Below, one piece after another: positions 36,960 to 49,917 of a DNA stretch of 64,000 bases; position 1 is the first letter of the stretch; each line of letters begins with the position of its first letter. The notes under the pieces were generated by a model. It searched no databases, was not told the DNA's origin, and worked only from the letters and a program-made list of their open reading frames with translations. The translations under genes were made by a program, and so were the position numbers. Origin of the DNA: Macrostomum hystrix (Eukaryota; Animalia; Platyhelminthes); NCBI GenBank assembly GCA_950097015.1, contig CATNEN010000003.1, positions 2,108,001-2,172,000 on the forward strand. The letters are read 5' to 3'.

Positions 36960-37972
36960 GCGCAGCATACGTTTGAGAATGCTGCCGATAAATGACCTAG
37001 CGGTCATGGTTCCAAGTTGCCGCTTCAAATTCTTCGAGTCGACAATTGATCCTAAAGTTAGGAGATAGTTGGGGCGACATATAACAAATGTTTAAACTGG
37101 ATCCGATTTCGAGTTACTGCAGAAAGCCTCCTGCTCTAACACAGACAATAAAAAAAATGTTTACATTTTATGATTTTCATTTCGATTAAAAACGACAATG
37201 TCATGAAATAAAGTTTTTTTTAGTTGCGATTCGTTTTTGTCAACCTTTGTCAAAAAATAAACAGCAGCGCGCGTACGCGCGCGCTTATTATACGTGTGAA
37301 TACTCACTTGAAAAGCACTCAGCCACTGACGATGGTAACTTGAGTTTTCCTTTCCGCCCCTCCATGCTGAAAAAACACAGCAAAGAGGGATCCGCCGTGG
37401 AGAGAAGTAGTGTGTACACAGCCTCCGACAGTTTCGTTGAGCAGTCAACACGACTATGGGAGAATCGTAGCTGCAAGAAATCAAGAGTTCGAACTTTTCA
37501 GTCCAAATCAGCTTTTAACAGAATTATATATTAAACAAGCAATACCAAAACTGCCGTACTTACAAAAGATGCCTTTAATTCGCGATCCTCCGAAATGCGA
37601 AAATGTAATTCAACTAGCTCTTCAACCGATCTGCACGGCAACTCCTTGGAAAAAAGTGAATTGTCACTTGAGACTTGCGAACTTCCATGGGTCACCACAG
37701 GCAGTCGCTTTTCAATTAACAGAAGTCGCTTTTCCATTGACAGAAGTCGCTGCAAAATAAGCCTGATCCAACCTAAAAAGCACATAAATTTTCTAGTTAT
37801 TGGCTCAGATATGGTTCGTAATGCTTACGAACACGTTTTAACAATGCAGCATCTGTAACACTTCTGTACTTTTCTAGATTAGCTGGCAACACAGCCGATT
37901 TTCTGTCAGTTGCAATCCAGTTTTCTGACAGAAGCATGTCCCCATCAGAAAACTCAACAAGTGAAAACATGA
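36960..37972 (-). pseudogene. Spliced accessory gene of element A (DUF4806-like)
   Basis: MFSLVEFSDGDMLLSENW is homologous to 51994. The last exon, SKNLKRQLG...GSILKRM, is homologous to 50287-49918. Confidence 0.6.
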
Positions 37973-38077
37973 CAGAAATCCCAGTGCAGTTGGCTGAAAT
38001 GTGAAGAATTATAGACATAGAATTATATGTAATAATATTTAAAGATATAAATTGTATACGTTATGTGTTAATTTATG

Positions 38078-40261
38078 TTACCTCATACACATATCTTCAG
38101 TGGAGGTACACTGTCGACTAAAAGCTATTATATGTGTGATGAAGTGGACAAACACTTGGTTGTCATTGGCAGGCATAGGAATTCCGATTAGCTTGCACAA
38201 AACATCCTTCAGTGGTATTTGAATGAGTTTAGGAGCCAATTTTTCTACCTTATAAAAGTGTAGTCGATCTGCACTAATGACTCTCATGTGAAATGGTTGC
38301 TTGGACATAAATCGCTGGCACACAAAGCTGATGTCTCCAGTAGTACAGTTGCATATTATGTTTTTTACTTTCAATACAGCACCACAGTGAGAGAGAATGA
38401 ACCCATCACGCTTGTTTGCACAGATTCGGGTTGCTGGTGTCTTTAGCATCCTATACTGCCTGATACTTGAAGGTGCTATGTCTTCAGGAAGAATGTCAGC
38501 TGAGTGCTCTTTCAATAAATGCAAACCACTCTGCCATTCTGAAGGCCGGAACTGTCCTAAACATTGGTCACTTTCCAGAACACGTTTAACAGCCTGCTGC
38601 AGGGGCATGTTAGGTGAACGTACAAGTTTCTTCACAAATCTTAAAACATTTTCAGAGGCAAAACAGCTGACTTCATTGATGTTCTTGTGTACCAGAAAGT
38701 CTTCAACCAAATGAATCAGAGAGTGCATGTTATACGCAATGAATTGATCACCGAACAATCTTCTTGCTTCAGAGATAAAAGTATTGCACAGTTGTCTCAA
38801 ATAGTCAGCATACTCATTGGATAGATTCTGAGAGCTCATAAGATTGACAATTACATGAAATGACAATAACCAATTAAGAAATTCATCATGCCCAACATGT
38901 GGAATAAGTACAAATGGAGCCAAGTAAAGAAAAAAATAAACGAACAGTTGTTGCCTTCCATAGCCGAAGATGCTGAATTAGTCCAGGTCTACGATCAAAA
39001 TAAGTTGGCAAATATTGCTTTACATGCATTAAATTTGCATTGATTTGATTCTGCAGTAGCTGTGACATTCTATAGGGCCGAGGACCTTCTCGTAGAACTT
39101 TTAGGAGTAGAAGACCGATTCCTTTATAAAATAAGTGCATTGGGTCTGCAGCAAATGCAAGAATCATATCAATTTCGAGTTCTTCCAACTTTGAATGACT
39201 ATGGTGATGTTCAGGTTGTTGCTGCTCACGAAAGGATTTGTCTGTTCTAAGTACAGCATTTGTCTCTAAAAAAACCACACAGTTCCCCTTGTTGCAGGTC
39301 TTTTCATAATCCACAGTACCTTTTTGACAACAGCGGTCACACCCATAATAACCATTGAATCCCTTAACACACAAGAATCCCTTAACTTCAAGAAATACCT
39401 AGCTGGAGTATCACAAATAATATAGTCAATGTAGAGAGAATGCATCTTCCCACATACATCAATTCTTGATTGAAGAGCAATCATCTCATTAACAAATGGG
39501 GTCAATAGCTCATTTGCACTAGATGGCTTAGATGGTCCATAATAAATGCCTACAAGAAACTCAGATGAGGGTATACCTCTGACTGATGCTACAACAGTCC
39601 AAAATCCTGCAACAGAACTATTAAAAATAGGAAGGCCATCAATACAAATTAAAATATGAACTTCATTGCAATTAGGTAATTTGTTGGCCTGCTTTAATGA
39701 TTCAAAAACATGCTTAAGTCCTGAAGCAACTCCAAAATGATAGTAGTTTCCGGGCGTCATAGTAAGAAGATCTATTGTTCCTGGTGTTTGGAGAAAAGTT
39801 CTTGGATCAATAGGGAGTTCAGGGTGACTAGGCTTCAGTAACTTAAGTAGATCTTTAATAGTCACATGTGACAGCTTATGGTTAATACACAACTTCTGAA
39901 GGTCTTCACTGAAGTTCTCAGTCTGATCAAATTGTTGATCACTTGACTCTGAGTCTACTGAACAAAATGAATCATTCAAATCAAATTGGCTTGTTTCATT
40001 TGCAGAAACCACATTGGATAGATCTTGGACACATGCAATGGCTTGATCATTTATTTCATCAGTGTCATTATCAGCAATAGCAATGTCCTCCTGATTTTCT
40101 GGATTTTGCTGGATTGTTTCTAGGAAGTTAATATTCACAATATCAATATCTGCACTGGTATCATTTTCACTTGAAGTAGAAGATGCAGCAATGTCAGAAG
40201 CTAGTTGCATTAGGTCCCTAGCCTTCCTTGCATATACCTTTGATTTATTAGAAGACATCAA
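38078..40261 (-). pseudogene. EnSpm/CACTA (CMC) transposase, copy A
   Basis: Motifs IDGLPIF, GIYYGPSKP, ICDTPAR, GYYGCDRC, DPMHL, WKAT, YNMHSLIH and SCFxSEN. Frameshifts come from a 14-bp duplication (about 39375) and an extra T (about 38935). Confidence 0.85.
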
Positions 40262-40770
40262 TTTAGCTGAAAATGAAACAAAAGGTACAAATAAATTTAA
40301 CGCGCACTTAACAAAGAAGAAAATTAAGAAAAACCACTCCCCAGCGAGTAGTTTTTGAATTTCGCTAATTTTTCATGCGCTTTAACACTGCGACGCGATA
40401 CAAAGCAAAGTATTCTTAAATAACTTAACAATAAATTGTATAGTAATTTGATTAGGTTTTTTCTTAATTTAGCAAACCGAAAAGAAAGGTGCGCAAAAAC
40501 GATTTGTACAAACATTCAAATGATGTTAGCAGTTCCATCAATCAACGTTTCACTGCGACGTAATTATACGTATAATAGACGTCGCAGATTTTTCCGAAAT
40601 GTAAAATGCCGATTTTTAAGGTCATTTTATTATTCTGATGTCATTCATAATGAATTCCGGCATAAATAAATTAAAATAAATGCTGCAGACCATTGGAATT
40701 TAATTTTTTTTCGAACGTCCCGCTTGGGACATTGGAGACCAAACATTGGGACGTCCAATTGTTATACGGG

Positions 40771-42542
40771 TATGATAATGCACTTGCGCTTCGGCCGAAC
40801 ATTCCGAACATACCGGGATGAAAGTTTATAAATACCGATTTGAATTTCACGTGAACTGAAAAACCTGACCGCAAACCGCATTAGCAGATGAAACATACGT
40901 AATTCTTATTATTTGGCCGTCACCCAGAATGCAACAGTTGTCCGGGGATGAAGCGGAAAAAAATAGTTGCTCAGCTGAAACACGGGAAAAAACATCCCGA
41001 ATAACTGACATCGTATTGACTGCATGTTCGAAAACTTTCCGCGTGGAACGAATTCGCCGCTTCAAAATTGAATTGTAATTCTCAAATGGGAACGATGACC
41101 ACTCATCCATTGGCCCATAAAGCCGGACAAAAAACGCAAGGTGCTGCGGGAGATGCGTGTTGTATGATTGTAGCTTAAAGTCATACAATGCCTCAGCTTG
41201 CTGACAAAAACGATCCAAACATGCAGAGGCCGGGGCAAAATGGATATCATGGTACTCTTTTGATACAAAGCAGTAGGTTGCAAAGTGCAAGAGCATCAGG
41301 TGATCAAAGAAATCGGTAGGGAGAAATTGCTTAAAAACAACAGGTGCGAGATAAATGAGCAAAGTACGAAATTCGGCCGCCTTGTAATTTTCAAATTCAC
41401 GCAGATATCGAAGCTTGCGATGGAATTCGCGAGGAAGACACTTGGCGACTGTGCCAATAAGCTTTGAAAATTGTTCCCGCTGAGCAAAAGATAGTTGGCA
41501 ACGCAAACGAACCCCTTTAACGTGAGAAAAAATGTACGTGCACATGCGCTTGAATACATCAAGCAAAATTGAGTGCATATACTCTGGTGGAACATCGCGT
41601 ATAAAATCAATAAGACCCAAAAATGGAGACATTAATGTTTGGTTGTTCTCCTGGAAGGCTATGTATGCACGATTAGTACGGGCTTCACACTGCTTATACA
41701 GAAAGCACATTCTTCCAGCCAAAAATTGCCCCTCAATTCTGCAGTAGCCACACGCAAGTTTAGCAGAATGAGATAAAATAGCGAGTAAAAAAGCCCTTGC
41801 CGGCGCATCAGCAATAGTTATGCAACGCCCAATTTTAAGAAATCGGTTGCCGACACTTACAAAATTAGTCATGAGATGGCGCAACTCGTCAACAAAAGCA
41901 GCTAAGTAGGTCTCAAGAGGCGGCTTGTCAAATCCACAAAAGACAGCAACGGAGTGGGATCGAATACGAACAACCGCTAATAGTCATGAGGATAGGCCAA
42001 AGCCCAACCTTGGACGCCGAAAAAAGTGGGACAGATAAAAAATTCACGAAAATCGTTAAACTATTCTGTACCTCACCCAGCAGCAACATGCCTCGCTGAA
42101 CACAAAATTTAATGTTGTCCAGAATTCCACAGTATCCAAGCTTCCCATTAGGAACTGCCACGCAATCAAAGCTGGACGTCTGCTGGCTAAACTTCCGAAG
42201 TCCTGGGACAGAACGAGGCACGGCATACGCTCGCTTGGCCCACATCAGAAGACAAAACTCCATGGCACGCTTGCTGATCCCGAAATGAGTCATGAAATAG
42301 AGCAATTCGAAAATGAGCTCCATCTCCCTTGACCCATCTTTCTGCACCTCCGGAGCGTCATGACTTGCCTCATCATCCTCGTCATCACTTGTTGGCGGAC
42401 TCTCGGTCTCAGAATTACAGGACGGCCAGTCGCCCTCGAAATCGAAATCGTCTAATTCATCGAAGGCGACCTCACCCCCCTCTTCATTAGTGCTACCTTC
42501 GTGTTCGTGTCCTCCGACGTTCAATGGAACCGAGTCTTGCAA
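40771..42542 (-). pseudogene. EnSpm/CACTA transposase, copy B (divergent family)
   Basis: Motifs LWPIL, IADAPARAF, CGYC, PEYMHSIL, YKAAEFR, YNTH and SSFPFEN. There is a frameshift near 41935, and the 3' end is cut by element A. Confidence 0.85.
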
Positions 42543-42998
42543 AAGTTGGAGAATAGCATGCCGTGCCCTCTTGTTACGTTTTGTTGAGTTGACATGATTG
42601 CACGCTGAAAATTTGATTTGATAGACTTTCTTAATTCTATACTTATCCTTAATTCCCTAATTTTGCTGCTGGGTGAGGTATATCCCTAATATTACAAAAT
42701 TAAAATAATAACGTTCATTTTTCCTTCAAACATGTTCGCTACTCAAGCAAAGTAATAAGTAAGAAGTTAAAGCCATTAAGAAAAATGCTTATGATTACAA
42801 GCTGATGCTCACATTAGAAGCTGGCACTTATTTACTCATAAAAATATAAGGGAGTACCAAGAACAGACAGACTGAGGGCGATTGAAAAATAAGATGGCCT
42901 TGACTCAATGATCAATAGTGCGCAGAAACGTGGGGAAAATATGGAATTCGTCTACTCATCCAATATGTGATGCGATGAGTTTGGTCTGCGCATATTTT

Positions 42999-45900
42999 CT
43001 TCTTCTTCTTCCACCATTTTATCGCCATCTGGCGTAGGTGGCACCCTGGGTCTCGGACGTAGGCTCTTCTCCTAATGCTCGCCGCATCCTCGTTCGTGCC
43101 GTGCCATGTTTGCTGCTGACAGCCATTTCTTGCAGTATCGGCATTCCGCTCTCTTCCTCTTATGAATTCTCGCCACCGTTCTTGCCACCTCGTCTCCCGT
43201 CCTCGGGCTTTTGATTGCCGGGGGGTCCTCTGCGCATTGCCTTCTATGTCTTGCATAATTCGTCTTACTGATCCATCTCTTGCAGTTGTTGCGTAGCATG
43301 CGTAGAAATACTACGTAGAAATACTCTTTTTGTTCCTTCCGTTCTGCCTCCTGAACACCATTTCTCGTGATTTTTCCTTGTTGCTTCCGTTCTGAACTCG
43401 CCGTTGCACCTTTCGCATTTCATTATTATTCCCGTGTCGGTTTTGTGCATTCTCTTCCGGTGGATGGCCAGCCCTCCTCTCGATCTACATACCTTTCCAC
43501 AGTTTACTTCCCAGCATCTGAAGCCTGTTACTTCGTTTTCTTCCGTTTGGGGACTGCTGGCCTGGTTCCTTTCTTCCAGTTCTACGGTTTCGTTTCCTTC
43601 TCTACCTTTGCATCTTAGCCGTTCGATCTTCTCCCATTCGGCGTCTCTCTTTCTGATGGTCTCTTTCCATTTGGTTCTGTCGTTTGCGTATTGTCCGACC
43701 TTCAATGGGTCGAGTTTGGCTTTCCGGACCAGTTTTCTCCAATACGTAATTATAGTTGTTCTCCTCTTCTTCGGTCTTTTCGCCTTTTCTAACCTTTTAT
43801 TCCATCCCATTACGCAGATCTTTGTGAGGCTGGTGTTTGGTAGTCTTAGGACGTGTCCCATTCGTCTCCAGTGCGCGATCTCGATTTTTCTCTGGATACT
43901 TTTGACTCCCATTGATCTTCTTACGTCCCACATGTTCATTTGTTTCTCTTCCATTTCTCGTAGTGGTTCTTTCGTTTTGCTGCTCCATATATAGCGGTAG
44001 AATTTGTCCATTGTTCTTTGCAGTTGGTTAATTTCCCCTTTCTTGAACGGTCTTGCTCCTGCATTAAACGTCATCGTACTTTCTACGCATGCTTCGACTT
44101 CTCTCGCCTGGGTTCTTTTGGTCAGTCTCGTTCTCCTGAGTCTTTTCTTGACTTTAGTCCACGCGCTTGTTGCTCTCTGTAGTCTTTGGTGGGTGTCTTA
44201 TTTCTTACCTAGCCACGTTCCTAGCATTCGGATCTTATTGCTTTCTTCTGTTCCTAACGTTGCTGTTTCTTCCTTCGCATCATTTGTTCTTTCCTCTAGC
44301 CATCCCATGACCTTCCTTACCGTCGCTGTTCCTTCCTCGATCTCTTTTTTCTCGCCTATCACCGTGGTGTCGTCTGCGAACGGTGAGAAAGTGATCCGCG
44401 TGGTGATTGTTTCCTCCGTGAATTTGTAGTTCCTCTGTGGGGGCAGGTCATTGCCTGGTAGGTACGCCCATTCAATACCTACTTCTAAGCCCTTGTTTGT
44501 CGCTGCCGCTTTCCTTTCTGTCTCAGCTGCTCGCATGACCGCCTGGTGGTAGATATTAAAGAGCACCGGCGAGGTCGCGCATCCTTCGCGTAGTCCTCTC
44601 TGGGGGAAGAATGTCTGGCTGTCCTCGTCCTCTGTGTGCACCTTATAGGCGGTGTACTCGTGCAGGTCTCTGAGTTTGTCAATCATCTTCTCTGGCATCT
44701 CGTAGTGCGCTAACAGCTTCCACAGTGCGGGTTTATTCACTCGTGGGTAGGCTTTTTTCAGGTCTAGTAGCTTTATCGTGGTTTCGTCGTTGTCTTCGTC
44801 GTTCTCGTTGTTCTCGTTGTTGTTCGCGTCTTCTTCCCTGTCTGCTCGTATTTCCTTCATCAGTGTCGCGTCTTCTTGTAATCTCAGGATGATCTGGGTG
44901 GCGTCCATTGTCGATCTGTTGCGTCTGAAACCGGCTTGGTTATCATCTAGGCATTCGGTTTCTTCCGCCCATTTGTTTATGCGAGTCGCGATGATTCTCG
45001 CCAGTATCCTGCTTGTCACTGGTAGTAGGCATATTCCTCGGTAATTTTTCAGGTCTTTCTTGTCGCCTTTCTTATGTAAGGGGATGATCAGGCCTAGTTT
45101 CTGACTCTCCTTCCACTCCTTGGCTGGTTCTTCCCAGAGTCTCGTAATCTCGGTGAAACACTTCTCCTTTACGGTCGCGTTCGCGGTCTTGATGTAAATC
45201 AGTCTGACTTCGTCTTCTCCCGGTGCACCGTTCTTCATCTTGTTTATCTCTCTCTCGAATTCGGTTCTTGTGATGGGTTCGACCAGGGATTCGTTTGCCG
45301 TTCTTTGAACTTTTTTGGGTACTTGAAGCTTAGCGAACGTGTCAATCCTGGCCAACATAGTTGTTGGGTCGTTCTCGAAACGGTCTTTCTGCACTTGTTC
45401 GAGTTGTTCTTTGAAATCGTTTGCGCTGAACAGGTTCTTTCCTCTGCTCTGGTTCCTGTTACCCATCTCCGCTGCACCCATCTCTCTTAGGTTTTCATAC
45501 ATCCCTGCAACGTTTCCTTTCTCACAGTTCTCTTTACACTTTTTGGCTAGTGTGTTCCACCAGTCCTCTTCCCACTGCGTGAGCCATTCGTTTTTCTTTT
45601 TCCTCGTCTCTCGGAGTACTTGCTTTTTTGTTTCTAGGTTCACTCTGTCTTCTTCGTTCTGCGTTTCCTGCCACTCACGATTTGCTTCGTTCCTTTCTTT
45701 TAGGGCGTTTCTGATACCGACATTAAGTTCCTTCAGTGCTTCTTCCTTCCCGGCCATCCAAGGGTTAGTCTGTCTTTTCTTGATTCCGCATACTGCTTCC
45801 GCCTTCTTCACCAGGTTCCTTTCCACTTCTTCCCATTGGTTATTTCCTGTTTCCTGGGACGTTTCTTTTGCGAATTTTTCTCGAAATTCCTCTTCTCTGA

Positions 45901-47105
45901 GTTTTTCCCACTCGATCCTCTTTCTCTTCTGTTTCTTGATCGCTGCTATCTTGTTCTTCTTTGCGATCTTCCCGATTTGTTTTGCCAGGTTCGGGTGTGC
46001 CCACAAGACCTTCGGTAAGTGATCCGACAGCTTCGGGCTGTGGTCCGTGTACACTTTTCTTACGGTCTTGTGCCGTTGGTCTTTCCTTACAATGAAGCCG
46101 TCTAGCTCGTACCATCTCTTCGTTCTCGGGTTCTTCCAGGTGCCTCTTTTCTTTTGTTTGAAAAAGGAACTTGTCCACACCAAGTTCCATTCTTCCATCC
46201 ATAGCATTAGTTCCATGCCTTGGTCGTTCGCTGTTCGTGTGCTACATTTTCCGATGCAGGTGAACGGGGTTCCAGACCTCGGGTTCATTCCTGTGTTGTT
46301 GTTTCCTACTGATGCGTTAAAGTCACCTCCGATGAAAATGGCTTTCTTCTGTCCCACCGTGGTCAAGATTCTTTCGAGTTCGCTTCTTACCTCTATGATT
46401 GTACTGTCGTATCCTTCGACACCTTTGACTGGTTGGTAAACCGACACCAGGATGCAGTCGCCTAGTTCTATTGCTAGGATTCTTTCTTGTGGTTGCATCT
46501 TTCTCCCTTCTTTCAGCCAAAGTAGCCATGCCGGTTCAGAGAGTAGGATGCCTACCCTTCCGGAATGGATTAGGGGGCTTGTCCCTTCATCTGTTTTGTA
46601 TTCCCGGATTCCTGTTTGTGTCCCTTGGGTTTCCGTGATTAAGGTGATTTGCCATTTGCTGGCTGTCTTCACGATCTCGCCAAACCTTGCCGAACCGATG
46701 TTGGCCCGCTGTACGTTCCAGGTTGCTATCTTTATTCTTGATTCTTTTCAGTCCGATTCTGCCTCTTCTGTTTTCTGCTTAATTCGTTTCTCTTTTCTTT
46801 TCCTTCTTCTTAGCATTCTTCTCCTGTTTCTTGTTTTCCTCTGGTCCGCGTTCCTGGGTCCTGGGTTTTTCTCAATGGTGCACAGGTGCATCTTAATTCC
46901 TGCTTCAATCGATCTCTGCGAGTTATCTTCTGGTTTCATATTTTTGTTATTTTCTCTCAGATTTTTTTCTTTTTCTTTGCTTTTCTTTCCTTTTTCGGTC
47001 CTTCTCGTTCCTCCGTCTTCTCTATTTTCTCCTTCCGACTCTTCTTTCTCCTTCTCCTCCTCCTCCTCCTCCTCCTTCTTCTTCTTCTTCTTCTTCTTCT
47101 TCTTC
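42999..47105 (-). mobile_element. RTE-clade-like LINE: 2A-like peptide, APE, RT and four Zn fingers, with a (GAA)n tail; decayed
   Basis: APE motifs ATWNV, GDFNA and SDH. RT motifs QAGFR, DLKKAY, GLREGC and FADD. The C-terminus has CxxC...H fingers. In-frame stops are at 46748-46750 and 44198-44200, and there is a frameshift near 43300. Confidence 0.9.
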
Positions 47106-47540
47106 GGGCGTGCGCGGGCCAGGGCCCATGGCACCGGGCATCAGATGATGCCCGCCTTCCCAAGCAGGGCCAGCACGGAAGCACAGCATTCAAAGACCGC
47201 AGCGGGCTCCGGGCAGAGATAGGCTGTGCTGTGCTGTGCTTTGCTGGGCTTTGGGAGGGCCCGTTTGATGGCCTGCATTTCGTAGGACTTGCGTCCTCCG
47301 GGGGGCACCTCGTGGAGGCGCAGGCCATTGCGTATTGTGACGATGATGACTACTTTGAAAATATGCGCTTGGCGAAATAGAAGCTTGGCGAACGGCTTCC
47401 CACATTCGCGCGCAAGCGCAAGTGCCAAGCGGACAGTCCGAGGAATCGGCTGGCAAAGAAGAAGCCAGGGGGGAGGAGCCCGCGGACTCAGTGTAACATC
47501 TGAGGTCCGTGGGCAAACCCCCCCCCCCAATAGAGTGGTG
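47106..47540 (-). other. GC-rich, highly structured segment: the LINE 5' UTR or a separate SINE ending in (GAA)n
   Basis: It has several strong hairpins (47478-47514, 47268-47328, 47136-47153) and is followed on the minus strand by (GAA)n(GAG)n. Confidence 0.45.
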
Positions 47541-47567
47541 ACCCACTAACCACAGATCAAACCACCT

Positions 47568-48209
47568 TCAAGCACGCCTTGAAGTATTTGGTTCCGGCGG
47601 AGTTGCCATGGTGCCAATTCGCTCCTGCTGCTGTGGAGTTGCCAGGGTGCCACTACACTCCTGCTGTGGAGTTGATATGGCGTTGCATCGTTCCTGCTGT
47701 GCAGTTTCCATGGTGTCTCGGTGTGCAGGTCTAGATAGAATCGGCGGCAATGGGACTAGTGCGGGCCGGGAGCCCCTGGAGTGAGACTTAGGTGTAGCAT
47801 CCAGCTTCTGGATGCGCCTCCGAGTAGCTTCTTGCTCTACATCGCTGACCTCAGTATCAGTTCTAATATTGCTCAGTGGTGGAACCTTGTCCCTATCACG
47901 GCCACTCTTGTATCGCTTGAAGTAACTCAGCAAGTTAAAGACCTGTAAAGCCTTTTCAAATCTTAATTTGCGGGCTGATTTCAATGTTTCAACCAAAGTA
48001 CTCTCTTTGTCAGACACTTGAATAACAACACCTTGATATTCACCATCTTCCAACTTGACCATCACATTCACTTCACTAAGGCATTCCAGCCAGTTCTCCT
48101 TAGAATAGCAAGCAACATCTGGATTGGGAAAAGAGACAAGTTCCCTTGGAACAATTTGGAAGCTTTCATCATCACGGTAGAAAAGTAGGAATGCCTGGCT
48201 GTCAGCCAT
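47568..48209 (-). CDS. Unknown protein (probably truncated), homologous to 55747-55980
   Basis: Both share SFQIV.RE...FP.P...W.......V.V.L.DG.(Y/F).GVVIQVSD. Both have TTTCAG immediately or nearly before the ATG. Confidence 0.6.
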   Translation of the reverse strand: MADSQAFLLFYRDDESFQIVPRELVSFPNPDVACYSKENWLECLSEVNVMVKLEDGEYQGVVIQVSDKESTLVETLKSARKLRFEKALQVFNLLSYFKRYKSGRDRDKVPPLSNIRTDTEVSDVEQEATRRRIQKLDATPKSHSRGSRPALVPLPPILSRPAHRDTMETAQQERCNAISTPQQECSGTLATPQQQERIGTMATPPEPNTSRRA

Positions 48210-48357
48210 CTGAAAATCAGAATATTGGGAAATATGATTGTTAATTCATTCCAAAATGGAGTTCCAGGTCTTATATTACTATTTAAGCAACTATAAACAA
48301 CTCATTTAAACTTGCTACAAACTACAACTGCCAACAAAAAGAAATACTATATATATA

Positions 48358-48600
48358 CGAGGGGTGTTTCAAAAGTTTCCGGACTGACGTCACCATTTTG
48401 AGTTGAAATGGCCAAATCACTTGAAATTTGATATGCAATTGCAATAAGATTATTTTTATTATGTCCTAAAATTTCTGCGCAATCGTATTAACTGATCAAA
48501 AGTTGTAATGAATTTTGCATTAAACATCGACAACAACAAATACGATTTTTGGATTTCAGTTTCAAGCGATCACTCCTAATCACTGTCAGAGTCACTGATA
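48358..48600 (+). mobile_element. Mariner-type left end (truncated)
   Basis: TA|CGAGGGGTGTTTCAAAAGTTTCCGGACTG resembles mariner TIRs. I found no partner TIR. Confidence 0.55.
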
Positions 48601-48609
48601 CCGTCGGCT

Positions 48610-48800
48610 CCCACTGGGAAGCGCAATGTCGTAACCACGTCGTTTTTGTCACATCGATTCGACGTCAACAAAGTTTCCCGTGTAACGACGTCTAAACGAT
48701 ATCATTTTACCTCACTAATACGATGTCGATTCCACGTCGATGCGACTAATTTAATCCACTTCGTTTTAACACCGTTTCCTTTATGTCGATTAGACGTCGC
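48610..48800 (+). mobile_element. Probable terminus of another EnSpm-like element
   Basis: It starts CCCACTGGG and is followed by clustered ACGTCG/CGACGT subterminal motifs. Confidence 0.4.
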
Positions 48801-49917
48801 GCTTTTGACAAACTCAGCATCCATGCTTTTTACGGTTCCGCCACTTGCAGATCTGATCTGACCTGATCTCACCACGATCTGAGAGCGATTAAATACTGTT
48901 GCCTCTGTTTACCCCTGAGCATTTTCGGAATGCAACAGTCTTCAAAGTAAAAAAAACTAATGTTTCACAAAGCAAAACTAATTATGTATTCACAGATTTT
49001 GTCATACGAGCAATATAAGAAACGCAGGCCTTTGAAAACACCCATTTATTTCCGCAATTAGACAATCACATCATTAAATTGCATTAAAAATAAAATTGCA
49101 CAATTATGAGTTACTACAACAATTTTGGCAAATGACATGTAAAAAACTGCATCAGACATGGAAAACATACAGTAAACCCGTACAACAATTTTCCGTATCG
49201 AGACGTATCGGAGACGTCCCCTCAAGGTCCCATTGAAACGTCTCCGGGAACGGTATTTCGATAGTTACGGATTCGTCCCGAGGCGAGAATTTGGGGACGT
49301 CCACTGCAGGTCGCAAAGGAACGTAAAAATACGTGCCCGTGAATCAGCAATTTTGTCGCATTTCCTTTCTGAATGAAGTAATTTACTGTGCCAATAAATC
49401 AGTATGAATGATTGTGCAAATTATAGAGAAAATAATCAAAAGCTAACAGAATCCTGCTCAATCAAGAAGTTTTTTGGTTAGCCAAAACGCGCTAGTTTTT
49501 TATATTGATATATTCATCGGCATGTTGGAGAATTTATAAACTGCGTATGCCTAAATTAATTATGATATATTATACTACATGAAATAATTTTAGTTGATAC
49601 ATAAAACGATTGTGAATATTAGCATAAATACTAAATCCGCAAAATAGCATAAATATGCAAGTATAGGCAAAATAAGTTTATAATGTAGCACAAAAGGCTT
49701 AATAATAATACGTGTACCGTTAATAATATTTTTTTTCATTTTTATTAGTATCATAGACTTTTCAATTACATGAGGGGAAAAGTATGCTTTGAGTGCAGAG
49801 TCGTATCTGCAAGAAGGCGCAGGGTAAGAGAAAACGGCATGCTTTGATAGCAGGTGCAAGAAAAAAACGGCACAAAAAGTTTCAACCAATGCTGTGTTCT
49901 TTTATGATAATTGTCCT

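Larger units (their letters stand above)
36960..40770 (-). mobile_element. EnSpm/CACTA-type element A (left end lost); terminus ...GTTATACGGG at 40770
   Basis: The terminus is shared with element C. It carries a transposase and a spliced accessory gene, and it interrupts the 3' end of transposase B. Confidence 0.75.

Noticed and set aside
47265-47330. Hammerhead ribozyme in the three-stem region containing GAAA
   Set aside because: There is no CUGANGA core in the required position on either strand.
43367-47380. Plus-strand F/S/L-rich ORFs of 100-250 aa
   Set aside because: They are antisense shadows of the purine-rich LINE ORF.
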